The translations under genes were made by a program, and so were the position numbers. A stretch of DNA of 64,000 nucleotides from Paraphysomonas bandaiensis (Eukaryota; Protista; Chrysophyceae). The notes beneath the pieces are model-generated. The model made no database searches, had not been told where the DNA came from, and saw only the letters and a list, made by a program, of their open reading frames with translations. This document shows positions 52,601 to 64,000 of the stretch, one piece after another (the first letter of the stretch is position 1; every line of letters starts with the position of its first letter). The stretch covers positions 558,001 through 622,000 of the forward strand of contig CBFFRP010000288.1 in assembly GCA_965644295.1 (NCBI GenBank). Reading direction: 5' to 3'.

Positions 52601-55500
52601 ATACTAGTATACCCATACTCATCGGGAATCAAACCCTCAATATAATCCATATAAATGCACTCTCCCATGGAATATTTAGATAGAGTATAAAGGCCGAACC
52701 CACACTGCCGGCTTAATGGTTGACATCTTTTGACAACACACACAACACTTATAATAAAACGTACAACATGCTGACGCATGTTCTTCCAATTATTGTTGCT
52801 CCTTCGCAACTTTCCCGTTGTTCGTTCCACCCCATGGTGGCCTACTACACTCTATTGTGACAAGCCTTATAATAGCCTTCCAGAGGTGATTTGGGATGCG
52901 CTGATCCTCAGTATGCGATTCTTCCTCCAGGCACTGCTCGAGAGAAGAACACAGATTGTCATCGACTTCTTCGTCGGATGCGTCCACCCCACAAACTCGA
53001 CTAAGAGCATCAGCCACCACATTCATCTCCCCTGGAAGGTGTTCGAACACGATATCAAACGACTAAAAACACATAAAGCGGGTGCAGCGCTGGTTGTGGC
53101 GTAAATTATCGTGATCGGTACGAACAGTAAAACGTCGATCCCTCAACAAGTATTCCCACTTATTTAATGCATAAAAGATGGCAAAACCTTCCTGCTCGCA
53201 GGTGTGCCACTTTTAGCTAACGTTGAGTCAAACGCCTTACTAAAATCATCCCAATTGTGCGCTCGTGACCCTCCACGACTTGCACCAGCAGGTGTGCCCC
53301 TATACCAATTATTGACGCGTCAGTATATATATATAATATATTCGATGGGGGAAACATCATCCATCATAAAAAATAACAAGGGACACTCATGAATGCGCAC
53401 CCTTAGCACATCAAAGGCAACACTGGACTCCTCTGTCCAGTACAACAGCTTACGTCTAGCCTGTGACTTAGTATAATTCCCCAACGTTGCATGCAATGGT
53501 TTCGCAATCAGCGTATATTCGCGTACAGTACGCAATCTCTTACAAAATTTGCTACACCCATGAACTGCTTCAACTGTTTCTGGGTATTAGGACGCGGGAT
53601 AGCCAATATACTATCAATCCGCCCTCTAGTAAAGGTATGACCAAACTCATTGATCTTATGACCTACAGCTTCTACCTCCGATACCCCAAAGACGCACTTC
53701 TTAGGGTTAGCTGTAAGGCCAAACTTCTTAAATCTCTCTAAAACTGCTGATAAATTCTCAATCAGCTCCTCTTCCGAGCTAGCAAATATAACACAATCAT
53801 CGAGATAATATATCTCACAAATCTTATACAGTACAAAGAATTTAGGACGTTTCTCACCAATCCGATAAATCATATCTCTAATGTTCGGAATTGGCCAGCT
53901 TTCAGAAGTAGTAACCTTGTTGAGATTCTTATAATCCAACACTAATTGCCACTTATTATTTGGCTTAGGCACTACAAAAGGATGACTACAATGTGTGGCC
54001 GAGCTAGGTTGTATCTCTAACTTTTCTACTAAGCGCTGAAGTTCCCTCTGTCGACTCCTATCCAACCTCCTAGGAGGTAATTTATTTGCCGGTATAAACC
54101 ACGTCTCTTCCGGCGGGTGTTCCGAACTTCGAGCTCAAAAGGTTCTAATTTATAGCGGGCTTTCCCTTCCAAATCTCTAATCGAAAGATGTCCTTATACT
54201 TCAACAGGACCCCACGAATCTTTTCTTGTAGGTCCGGTGACCCATAAACCTTTTCCGGAATCGTAGGAGACTCACCCTCAGAGTCCAGATAATCAGAGTC
54301 AATGGATTCCAACTGATCGTTGCAAATTTCTTTCATATCCTCTCGGTCCCATGCCGACCTAGTTGATAAATTTGAAAGATCTTCTCCCAGCGAAAGCAGC
54401 TGTACGACCAATCCTCCCCCTTATCACTGATTCCTACTTCCAGAGGGGCCAACTTCTCTCGGACCTCAAGATCATAATTTTTACGTAGTGGTAGACGAAC
54501 GCTGGCTCGTTCCCCCCCACGAGGGTAAGACGCGTGCACGCCAAGGCTCGGAGACACTGCTCCCCCGGACTGATCATCTCTCTCTCTCGCAAGAGGGAAT
54601 GCATTGTCTCCCACTACGTCGGCTACCCTTCGAGCCTTATCTGAGCTCATAAAAACACTTGGGCACTGCATTACAGTGTGTACCCCTAATATAACCTCAA
54701 AATTAAGATCTAACTCCCATGCATCTATGCGAGCTTGCAACACTGGAGGTTCCTTTACCTCCGTAAAAATCTCTACATTGAGGGACATACCCCTCTCACA
54801 CAAAGCACTTGCTGATTTAAACCCACCAGCGATATTCTTATTTACGGGAATAGGGACAGAACCACTAGCTACCAACCACTCAGCTACATTCTTACTGATA
54901 AAGTTAGCCGACGCGCCCGTATCCAATAGTGCTTTACATGTCCTTTTCTTTCCCTGTTCATTGCATACAACAACCGTTATGAATGGCAATGAAGAAAATG
55001 ACTTAAGGGCCATAATAGCCATAACATCAGAATACACATCATGGAACTCACCCTTGGAGCCCTTTCCGTATGAACTGCTTTGCCTTAAGACCCATCCCTC
55101 TCTAGGCAAAATATGTTGGCCCCTCCTGGCCAAAATATCCTTAGCCACTGCACAATCTCTTCACTTCACGTGGGGGTCCAATTTCGCCCCCGCCGCTTGC
55201 TTAAGTGGGCACTCCGCACTCTTGTGCCACTCCTTGGGACGACCACACACATTGCATCGGTCTGAATCTGGCACCTTCGACACATCCGTCTGAGAGCCAT
55301 CCTTTGCTCTCTTTGTCGCCTTTCCAGTACTAGACGAAGCGCCCTGCGAACTCCTAGCAGGCGAATGCGTGCGCTTCCTCTCCCGTTGATCGGCCCCTTT
55401 CCGATCCCGCTGGTCCGCCTCGGATCACCCTCCCATCGATCGTCGAGGCCATTGCCTTGCCACAAATACCCGGATGCCCAGTTCAATAAAGCGGCAATCA
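49693..55500 (-). mobile_element. Degenerate Ty3/Gypsy chromovirus-like LTR retrotransposon (gag knuckle, protease, RT, RNase H, integrase, chromodomain, PPT, 3' LTR about 49693-50079)
   Basis: CNVCGRPKEWHKSAECP; ALLDTGASANFIS; YLDD; YTDAS; HLPGEMNVVADALSR; chromodomain-like MRGDPKG...FEVYW. PPT aaaaaaaggggaaaggggtag precedes TGTGG. No 5' LTR seen. Confidence 0.85.
50503..51621. mobile_element. TIR DNA transposon remnant inserted in the Gypsy chromodomain (AT target duplication)
   Basis: Termini aaaagtaaacaatatgcaaac / gtttgcataatattgtttacttt. Removing it restores KITNMRGDPKG. SWIM-like remnant HTVD*GEWKCT-LGLPTIHLL on the + strand at about 50945-51010. Confidence 0.7.
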
Positions 55501-55504
55501 ATCA

Positions 55505-56129
55505 TGGTATTACTGGTGATCAAACTGCTGCTATATTTACCTAGTTCTTGTATGGTGTCACTTATGAGAAGCATCGAAATAGATGTCTAGGTGAAGATCA
55601 GAGAAGCTCTAGCCTAAGGGAAGTCATCAGACACTACGCTCAAACAAGGTAGATGATCGTAACTGCGTTGACTGTGGTTAGGCTGCCCAAATGTCTCAGC
55701 CACAAGCCCACCAGTTTGTCCTATTTGCGTTTTGGTGGTTACGTATCCGTTAGTTATGTTTTGAGTTATGAAGTATCAACCTACAGCTTTGAATTGAGAA
55801 GGAGTGTTCAGTATTGCTTATTTGTAAGCAATTAAATGCTGTGTTGCTAAGGTTTTGAATTATAACCATTACTTGAATGATACAGTAGTCAGCTATGAGA
55901 TAGTTTAGACAGACTGAAATAGGTCGACTGTATAAGATCGTGTCTATCAAGAACTGATAATATTGATTGGTAGTTGAAAGAATATTATTGTAGCGAATAC
56001 CAATGAATGATGAAAGATGTTGATTTTAAATTGCTTATTGATGGCGTTCAGATACTTAAGTTTTACCCATCCTAATGTCAAACACTGATATGTTTTTAAG
56101 AATCCAACATTATGCACACGTTTGTAACA
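55505..56129 (+). mobile_element. Ty1/Copia element C, 3' remnant and LTR (about 55805-56129)
   Basis: RNase H tail DQTAAIFT*FLYGVTYEKHRNRCLGE. PPT gaattgagaaggag followed by TGTTCAG. The LTR end is inferred. Confidence 0.6.
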
Positions 56130-56162
56130 CTGACTTCACACTGGGAATATGGTTTACACTAA

Positions 56163-57482
56163 TCAATAATACTCTTTATTGTAAAATGTTATGACGTTTT
56201 CTACGTGACGTGTTTGCGGAAACATGTCAAAAGGAGTTATATCTACAATATCATACCCAGCATTAACAATAAGTTTAGCGTCTCTGGCTTGTGTGCTTGG
56301 TTCACATGCAACGTATACTACTTTTCTTGGTGAGAACTCAAACAATTGTGTCAAAAATGTCACATCACAACCACTACGGGATGGGTCTATGACTACTACT
56401 GATCGTTCTCTAGGAATACCAGAAACGTCTTTAAACAATTCCTCAACTTTGCCCCAGACGAAAGTTGCATTGGTAATGTTGTTCATTTTCGCATTTTCCC
56501 TTGCGCGGTGAATTGAATGCTTGGAAATGTCGATACCAGCAACTGAGTCAAACGTGCTTGCAGCGCTAAGGGCGAATATCCCGCATCCACAGTACGTGTC
56601 TATTAGATGGTCACACAAATGTCCAGCAGCTTGGTCAACAACATGCTGCACGAGGGCAGGGAGCAGTTGGGCGTTGGTTTGAAAGAACTCGCCCGCGTTG
56701 TAGGATAGAAGCAATTCTCCGACTCGTTGAGTTATCAGGTCACGGTGATCAGTCGAAACGTCTCCATCGCCATTGTCTCTCAGAATTAGTGAAGCACCCT
56801 TCTTAAGACGTTTTTCGCTTTCAGTGATTCGTGTACGAACTCCTTTCCGATGCTGGATGAGTTTGACATTGATAGCATCTGTTGCGATGGCGCACTGGGC
56901 AACGTCAAGAATACCACCATGATACCTACTCCTAAATCCAATCTGCACCACACCATCAGCACGTTTCGGAGGGTTGTAGTGTGGAGTAATCTTAGTACGA
57001 TAATTGTACATATGTTTGGAGGCCACTACGTCTTTGACAGCAACATCCACCCCAAAAGCCTGCATATGTCTCACGACTAATTCTTTCTTCCAATTCTGCT
57101 GGTACTCGTACGATGCATGCTGGAACTGACAACCATTGCACACGGTATAGTACCCGCACTTCGGTTCAACTCTGTGGGCAGACTTTGTAACCAGATGGAT
57201 AGCCTCTGCAAGACAATGGTCGTCAAACAATTTTACGATTTTCGCAGTAACTCTTTCTCCAGGGAGTACAGTAGGGATATATATCTTCTCTCCATTGTAA
57301 TTAGCCACTCCAATTCCCATATGATTAATACTTTCAATACACACCTCAATTTTTTCATTCTTCTTCAATAATCGTGAAGCAATTAATGCCCGTAATTGAC
57401 TGAACTCTCTCTGCGCACACGGAAAAAGTGAGTTTACTGTGGGCATGACCTTACGCCGAACTGGACGAACAGAAACCCACAT
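56163..57482 (-). CDS. TrmA/RlmD(RumA)/TRM2-family RNA uracil-5-methyltransferase with TRAM domain
   Basis: TRAM-like IESINHMGIGVA...PGERVTAKI; Cys motif CGYYTVCNGCQFQH; FFQTN; SAM motif IDTYCGCGIF; DPSRSG; YVACEP; FDMFPQTRHVE. Confidence 0.9.
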   Translation of the reverse strand: MWVSVRPVRRKVMPTVNSLFPCAQREFSQLRALIASRLLKKNEKIEVCIESINHMGIGVANYNGEKIYIPTVLPGERVTAKIVKLFDDHCLAEAIHLVTKSAHRVEPKCGYYTVCNGCQFQHASYEYQQNWKKELVVRHMQAFGVDVAVKDVVASKHMYNYRTKITPHYNPPKRADGVVQIGFRSRYHGGILDVAQCAIATDAINVKLIQHRKGVRTRITESEKRLKKGASLILRDNGDGDVSTDHRDLITQRVGELLLSYNAGEFFQTNAQLLPALVQHVVDQAAGHLCDHLIDTYCGCGIFALSAASTFDSVAGIDISKHSIHRARENAKMNNITNATFVWGKVEELFKDVSGIPRERSVVVIDPSRSGCDVTFLTQLFEFSPRKVVYVACEPSTQARDAKLIVNAGYDIVDITPFDMFPQTRHVENVITFYNKEYY

Positions 57483-57995
57483 CACTTGGGAAATCTCTGA
57501 GTTTCACAAATTTGTCAAATTCACAATTACGAAGGCTAATGAGCGAGCGTATAATTCCTGTGTCGTCAGTGCAAGTGGAACAGAGGGAAAAGTTGCTTTA
57601 TAAACGAAATATCCATGTTTTTTTCAACACTCGAATATCCAAAACGCCCAGTGGATGAAGTCACCATCAGCAATTCATTGGCTGATATCACCATTGAAAA
57701 AATGGAACAGTATGCACAGAATCCTGGGAGGAGCTGCTCCATATGTGCTGTATCTGGGGTACAGATACCGATATCCCTCCATTTTTTGCTCAACACAATC
57801 CCACTTTTACATATACAGCAGAACAGAAGAAAACTAGCAGTAGCATGGAGTACACACAGAGGTATATTGTTGGACGATTTCGGTGAAATTAGATTTCAGA
57901 ACGCTGTAGTGTGACAAGAACCACTCTTTCTTTAGATTAGTCTTGTTATTTCATCATCGGAGTGACTTCATTAACAGTGGAAGAAACAATGTCCG

Positions 57996-60900
57996 ATGGA
58001 CTCACCGAATACAATCAGTTTGGAAACGATTCGTAAGTCGCATCTTGCATTCTGCCTGTTTTTATTTTTACGACATGAACATAGGCAGTACGGTGACTCC
58101 AGCTCATCGAATTGGGCTGGTATTCTGCCAACATCTTATTTGTCGTCATCTTCTCACAATACCTCACCATTGTCCCCACGAATTTCATCTGGTCAGAACA
58201 ACCCAGACATTTTTGCTACAGACAATTTTTTGCTTCCGTCGAGTAATGATTCTATTGGGCTAGATCCATCTCTGACGCTTGGATTTCGGGGCCTCTTACA
58301 TGATCCGGCTCACGCATCCCATAGCAAAGAACATTATGATTTAAGCACCAGTACTGCCTTTGATGTGGGATTAAAAAATTTTGTTAGCATTAACATTCCA
58401 TCGTACACCACTGAATGTGACTCTGAAGGAAAGTATACACTTTTTACTATTGTTGTACAGACAGCATTTTCTAGTGCGGAGGTAATTATATGTTAACACT
58501 GGCTTGCTTGTGTGTAACACTTACATCAGATAAGGCGAAGATACAAAAATTTCTTGAATCTCCACCAAGATTTAATGCACCGTATTCCAAAAGTAATGCT
58601 TCCTCCTTTCCCTAAGAAAAAACGGTTAGGTACGTTGGAGCCTTCTTTTGTTGAGGAGCGCCGAGTGGCACTTGAGCGGTACCTTAAAGAGCTCGCTGCA
58701 TTAAGAGAGGCTTGGAGTTGTCCCAGATTCGTTGAGTTTCTTGATAACTCCCATCCATATTTTGGCATGCAAATTCAGGTCACTAAATTAACAGATGAGG
58801 TAAACTACCTTCGCCACTGCAATGGAATGATGGCGAGACAGTTGACCGAAGCAACAGCTGCATTAACCGCATCATCTGATGCGTTGTCTGAACTACAACG
58901 CCGTGTATGTGCTTTGGAACACACCATTGGCTCATATCGCGGAACCCGCCAACTAGAAACATCATCTAAGTTTCAGACAGGCTTTTCAAAAGAGAGTGTT
59001 TCTCAGCGAGACATATCTTGTTCATCTGGTAACTTTTCGAGTGCTGTCGGGATTGAGTTTCATCGACATAACGTACCCAAAAGTGATTCTTTTTCTGGAT
59101 TTAGTGGAGCACCTATGCAAAATATTCATAATACGACTAGTGCCGGTGAAGATGTTGTTGATACTTCTCCACGGTGGCTCGAAACATCACGAGTTCTAGG
59201 TAGTAGCGGAGCAACTGGGTATGTGGATGAAGCAATTCATCATTCTCCAGCAAGCGAAGTGAATATAGAAAGGCATCATACCAGGCCAGGGGTGATGTCG
59301 TATAAGCCGGAATCTTTCCCACCAACTGGACACAGTTCTCGTCAATGCATTGAGAACCTCAATACGGGTAATGTAACTACCGTCAGAACTATAGATTCGC
59401 TAACTACTACGGAGTCACACTCAACTCTATCTCGTGCATTTGACACTCTTTTGTCTTACATTCTACCTACAATTGAGCAGCTCCAGTATCGTTATAATAT
59501 TGAAAAATATATCGCGAAATTGGTACGAAAGAGCTTAGGGGCACAAGTATACCAAACCAATATACATTCTCTGAGATGCTTCCTTCCTGATGATCCGATA
59601 TCACTGTCTATATATCTCTGTCGTGGTCTTGAAAATAGCTGGTATATTCGACTAAATGAAAAGCTCTGCCGAATGTCATCCAGTGGTATATCAGGAACAG
59701 CGGCACATCCGTCTATTATTACGGGGTCATTGTCCTCCACTGAAGACACTACAATCAATTGTACTGAGAAAGTTCCTGCAAAGCCGACGACTTCTGCGGA
59801 CTCAAATTCATTGCAGCAACAAGAACCTCCTTCACAATCAAGTCATATCATCAGCCACGTCAGTTTCATGAATGAACACGGCGAACATAGCTTGCAATGT
59901 ATAGTCGGCAATACTACTGTGGATATACGAGCCAATATGAAAATTGACTTGTGCTTTGTTGCCTTTCTTGAAGAGATTGACCGCGCTGTCGGTGGTAACC
60001 ATTTATTCAAGAAGTCGCTAACTTTGGTCAGGGCCTGGTGGACATTAGAAACATCGGCATATTCAAATATTCAGATAACACCACTTCACCTTCCAGACTC
60101 ATCACTCTGCATTATGATATGTGCCATATTTAGTCGAAATGCCAGTAAAATAACCCATCCTCTGCATGCTTTAAGTATATTTTTATCGGAATATGCATCG
60201 TTTGACTGGTCTACGTATGGCTTAACGGTGTATGGTCCGGTTCTCTTGTCATCGTTGCGAAATGATATTTCTATTACTGAAGCCTGTTCGACTCTTTGCC
60301 CCGATAGCCTAATTGGATCACATATTATCAATAAATATGAAGCTTTATTGAAGGAGTCATCTATTGACGGCGCTGGTCCTGATAGGTCGACGCCAACTGC
60401 TGATTCTGATATTAGTGTTTCTGCAGAGCCCTCTGGATCAATTCCACTTGGCATTTTCTTCGACAAGGTGAATGATGACTTCCATAAAGTTGACAATACA
60501 CCACATCTATCGTCAGAATATGTCAAAATTTTCCACCCTCTTGATCCGTCCACTAATACTGTTCCTGATGCCATGGGACTTAAGTTCGCTGAAGTTATGA
60601 CTGAAATACTGAAAGCCGGGGAAAGCCAGATGTGTGAGATTTTTCGACTTGAAAAATCTTTACAGAACTCCACAGATGACAGATCAAGTGTGAACGACCT
60701 CGAAGCAGCAGTTTTCTTGATGTTTCAAGAAACGAAGAAACGATATGGCGATGGATGGCGACCTGATGTTGCTGGTGCTGATATTGTTACGCGAAATACT
60801 GTGAGCAAGGGGCCCATAGGTGGTACACTGGATTCCTCCACGCGTGGTGTTTCAAACAGCTCGCCATTTTTTTCTGATTGCGATGCAAGTCAAGATGATT

Positions 60901-62074
60901 TCATGTACGTTTTTGCCGATTATGTGGCTTCATAACAGTTTTCAGGAATGAGCTGGGTAGTGATTTCCTTTCCTCGCCTTTAGAGACTATGTGGGAACAA
61001 ATTCGCTATTGTAATTTTCTTCTCGGGGCCCAAGTACGTAGTATTCCGGATGTGTATTATGTATTGACGTAAATATGTTTAGATTACGGAGTCGACTTTA
61101 CGTACTTTATCGAAGGACATATTGCAAGAGCGCGGGCCTCTTCCAGTTGGTGAAATTGGAAAGATGCTACAGGAAATTACCTGTATATCGACACTGTCTG
61201 CTTACTTGAAAGATAAATTTGGTGGATTAAAAAAATTTCTGGAGAATTTTGTGGACGATTTCGTTATTAGGTATTCTCGTGATATATACCTTTACTTTCA
61301 ATTGCTTTATCGTTTGTTCAGCACTGACCACCCATTTAATCCGCATGTGTTCCTGCTGCAAACACTTTCTTCAGATGAGTTGAAGTCTATAACACAGGGC
61401 GTAATTCCCCCACATTTGACGACGAAAGCTGGAAAGAGGGTAACAATATACAGTGTCGTTATCACATCTTAATCTATGATTGTTCCCAGAGAGCATCCCG
61501 GAAGAAAAGGCTGTCCAACGGCTCAATTCATTCTGATCTGAACCCTTCAACTATTAGCTATGGGTCTGGATCTAGTGTCCGCTCTGGTTCGAGTGGTGGT
61601 ATTAGTCGCACAACTACACCGCCCATTACCAACACGGCGTTATCAGCAACTCCTTACTACCATTCATCCCAAGTTTTCTCTCGCCAGGCGGGTTATTTCT
61701 CTAATTCCCAGCAGAAATTTCACAAAGTATTGAGTTCTGGTGATATGAATAGACTGGCTCTTTCCAACCATACGATTGCTACGAATTCTTCTCGACTGGA
61801 TTACGGTCAACACGAACAAGGAAGTGATAGAATGTATTCTTCTCTGTATCGTGCTGAAAATCGTGCGTCGGCTCACTATTCTCAAGGTGAAGATCATCCA
61901 CGTCGTAGAGCTACACTTCCGAATCATTGTTACTCGTCGCCAAAGAACATCGTGACGGCAGGACAAGATCAATATGCGCTAGATGAGGATTCGTCAAATA
62001 TGGTACATACTGGACTCCCGGATCCGCATGCACCAGTATTCATTCCGAATGGCTATCGCGGTTACTGTGCTTGA
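57996..62074 (+). CDS. PX domain + coiled coil + PAP/OAS1-type nucleotidyltransferase-like domain + winged-helix/LOTUS-like domain + PAM2-like motif, multi-exon
   Basis: PX: RRRYKNFLNLHQDL...PPFPKK...FVEERRVALERYL. NTase-like: FLPDDPISL, VDIRAN, HLFKKSLTLVRAWW, FDW. Also GPLPVGEIGKMLQ...KFGGLKKFLE and C-terminal LPDPHAPVFIP. The start is uncertain. Confidence 0.75.
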
Positions 62075-62781
62075 GTGGTATTTACTTAAACACATGGTGC
62101 TTGGCTATTTTGTGGTGAGGATGTGAGAACGTTTTGTGAACTGGTGGATATTGTATGTATACATATTGCCTTAATACGGGTATTGCTTTTATTTTGCAGT
62201 TAGTACTTTGCGTCGGTATAAGTTATGAATTTTTTTGATTGAAGGATTGGTATCGGCGAATGATGAAGCGGTGTTTCTGTAAATTCTGAATAGTAGTTGT
62301 GGTTTCGTTTTCGAAGAGCATGCTGTGTTGTCACATATATAGGCTTATCCCCATTTTGTCTCAAGAAGTGTTTTTTAAACTGAATTGGGTTAAACAGAAT
62401 TCTCATATTAGCACCGGGAAAGTAGAGCCATTCAACTTCAATATTTGGTTCGAACAGAAACTATCTTCTATCTTAATTATGACAGTCATATGAAAGTGAC
62501 TTAATTCTATTTGACGTAGTTACAATACGGGGTGTTTGAGTATCACCAAGTAGTGAATCATTCATAATAGCTAGCGTGGTGCTCCCTTACAAATTTAGTT
62601 AAATAACAATTTACGAATCGTATCTATACAATGTCATCATCACTCTTTTCGCTCTCCACACATCAGGGTTCTTGCAGGGCTTCATGGCGGGTGTTAGCAC
62701 CCCGCAACATGTAATTGGCTCGTAGGAATAGCAACGATTCTAGATTCTACGTTCAGGTGTCATAATCAACTGTTCACAACT

Positions 62782-63338
62782 AAGGAGCCTCTCAACAACA
62801 TTAGATTGTGCTTCGATATGAAGCAAGATGCGGTACTTGGACTCATAGATACTATACTCGCACCATCTCGTAGTGTTCCCTGGGGCTCTGGGGGATAAGT
62901 ACAGGAGAGATTTCTCAGGGAAAACGTGATCCGCATATATAGTCAGCATAATATATTGCCCTGTCTACTCATACTCAAATAAATGCTTGTGTGATACAAG
63001 AGGGACACTAAAAAGTTTCACTTGTGTAGACGTCTTTGGGTCTTGAAGAATAAACAGGAATCCGAAAATGGGACCACCGGCCGGTGCTGCCTGCTGAAGT
63101 CAAGCATTCAGGCTGTTCACCTTAAGTACGTACTCAAAAATCCAGAAGTCAGCAGAAGTCAGGTATATCAACATTCTGCTTTCTCACACTGCGTTTGCTC
63201 TGAGTAAGAGGGAAAGTGGTTGCACCTTGGTGCTTGCGGTGACGCACAAGCAAATTTCGTGGCGTTAAATAATAGGATATCAGAGTTAAGTGTTGACTCT
63301 TTAAACGCCAATTATTGCTAATATCAGAAATTCACTAT
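62782..63338 (+). mobile_element. Full-length-like short retroposon copy with HDV-like head
   Basis: actcgc-acc-atctcgt-agt-gttccct-gg, then body and tail colinear with 9927-10412. Ends in agaaattcactat. Confidence 0.75.
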
Positions 63339-63424
63339 AAGTCGAGGTAATACTAAAACCTGGTGATATGTATAAAACCTGGTGAAATTTTTGATAAAAC
63401 CAGGTTTTGGTATTACCTCGACTT
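63339..63424. repeat. Mini inverted-repeat element (MITE-like) with 26-bp TIRs
   Basis: aagtcgaggtaatactaaaacctggt ... accaggttttggtattacctcgactt (1 mismatch). Confidence 0.65.
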
Positions 63425-63429
63425 TACTG

Positions 63430-63830
63430 CAGCACATCAAATAACTGGCGAGCTTGATACAAATTGGTTCCATCTCTTTGCAAGGCATGCGCAACACGAA
63501 ATTTTATGGTGGCGTCAAATATTGTTTCAGCTCTCGAAAGTTTGCTGGAATAAGAATGTTGTCTTCCAAGATATTAGGGAAATTGCATTCTTTAAGATAT
63601 GGATGCAGCTTGATGTACTTTACCAGTATTATATAGTACGTTGCTCTTCAGGAAATTATTTTCTAAATTTCATAGCATTAAATTTGCTACTGATAATGAA
63701 CAAAGTTGCCACGAAGTAGCTGTAGAGTTGCATGAACATTAACCAACTCATATTGAGTTTCACCTCGAAAAAGTTCCATTAATCTCGTCATTAATTCGCT
63801 GGCTGGCAATTCCATCTCAGGGTCATAATA
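63430..63830 (-). pseudogene. Possible degenerate hAT-like/RNase H-fold transposase fragment
   Basis: YIKLHPYL...VAHALQRDGTNLYQARQLFDVL resembles the LQ....L...R.LFD.L segment of stramenopile hAT-like transposases. Stops and frameshifts present. Confidence 0.4.
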
Positions 63831-63845
63831 TTGACATATAGTAGC

Positions 63846-64000
63846 AGTGAATGTCTGGTTATTAGCAGTAGGCGTGTAAGAGTCAGAACCAATGTAGCTA
63901 ATGAATTCAACTGACTAGTGCTTAACTCTGATATCCTACTAAAGTTGCCTGTGCATCACTGTAAGCACCAAAGTGCTACGACTTTTGCTCTATCACTCAA
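63846..64000 (-). mobile_element. Short retroposon tail copy, running off the window
   Basis: Reverse complement of ...ttggtgcttacagtgatgcacaggc...ttctgactctta...agacattcact. Confidence 0.7.

Noticed and set aside
57615-57914. Possible upstream exon or small gene before the PX protein
   Set aside because: No recognisable domain, and I could not establish a splice link.
1-64000. CRISPR arrays, rRNA, tRNA genes, prokaryotic operons or defence systems
   Set aside because: The sequence is intron-containing eukaryotic DNA. No regularly spaced repeats or cloverleaf/rRNA signatures were seen. Most short ORFs in the track are antisense or alternative-frame shadows.

Overview
Eukaryotic nuclear DNA from a compact protist genome. 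Short GT-AG introns of about 45-60 nt and a flagellar CCDC42/CFAP73 gene point to a flagellated protist, probably a stramenopile (inference). There are 11 host genes in strictly alternating orientation: DH-PH RhoGEF, XK-family membrane protein, TM plus bacterial-type alpha/beta hydrolase, an unknown coiled-coil protein, FAN/NSMAF-like BEACH-WD40, CCDC42/CFAP73, ISCU, a tandem TPK-like channel with four pore loops, a large ARM-repeat protein, a TrmA/RlmD-type RNA m5U methyltransferase, and a PX + pseudo-nucleotidyltransferase protein. Transposon debris sits almost entirely between convergent gene ends: Copia elements of at least three families, a chromodomain Gypsy, an RNase H-bearing LINE and DNA-transposon remnants. 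A near-identical 4.6 kb tandem duplication covers FAN and a Copia fragment and could be an assembly artefact. The main candidate for an undescribed system is a ~0.5 kb non-coding retroposon family (about 10 copies or fragments). Its head folds by eye like an HDV-like self-cleaving ribozyme, and its non-poly(A) tail is shared with the RNase H LINE. Copies carry TPRT-type target-site duplications and repeatedly insert into one another. All calls are by eye from motifs; no searches were run.
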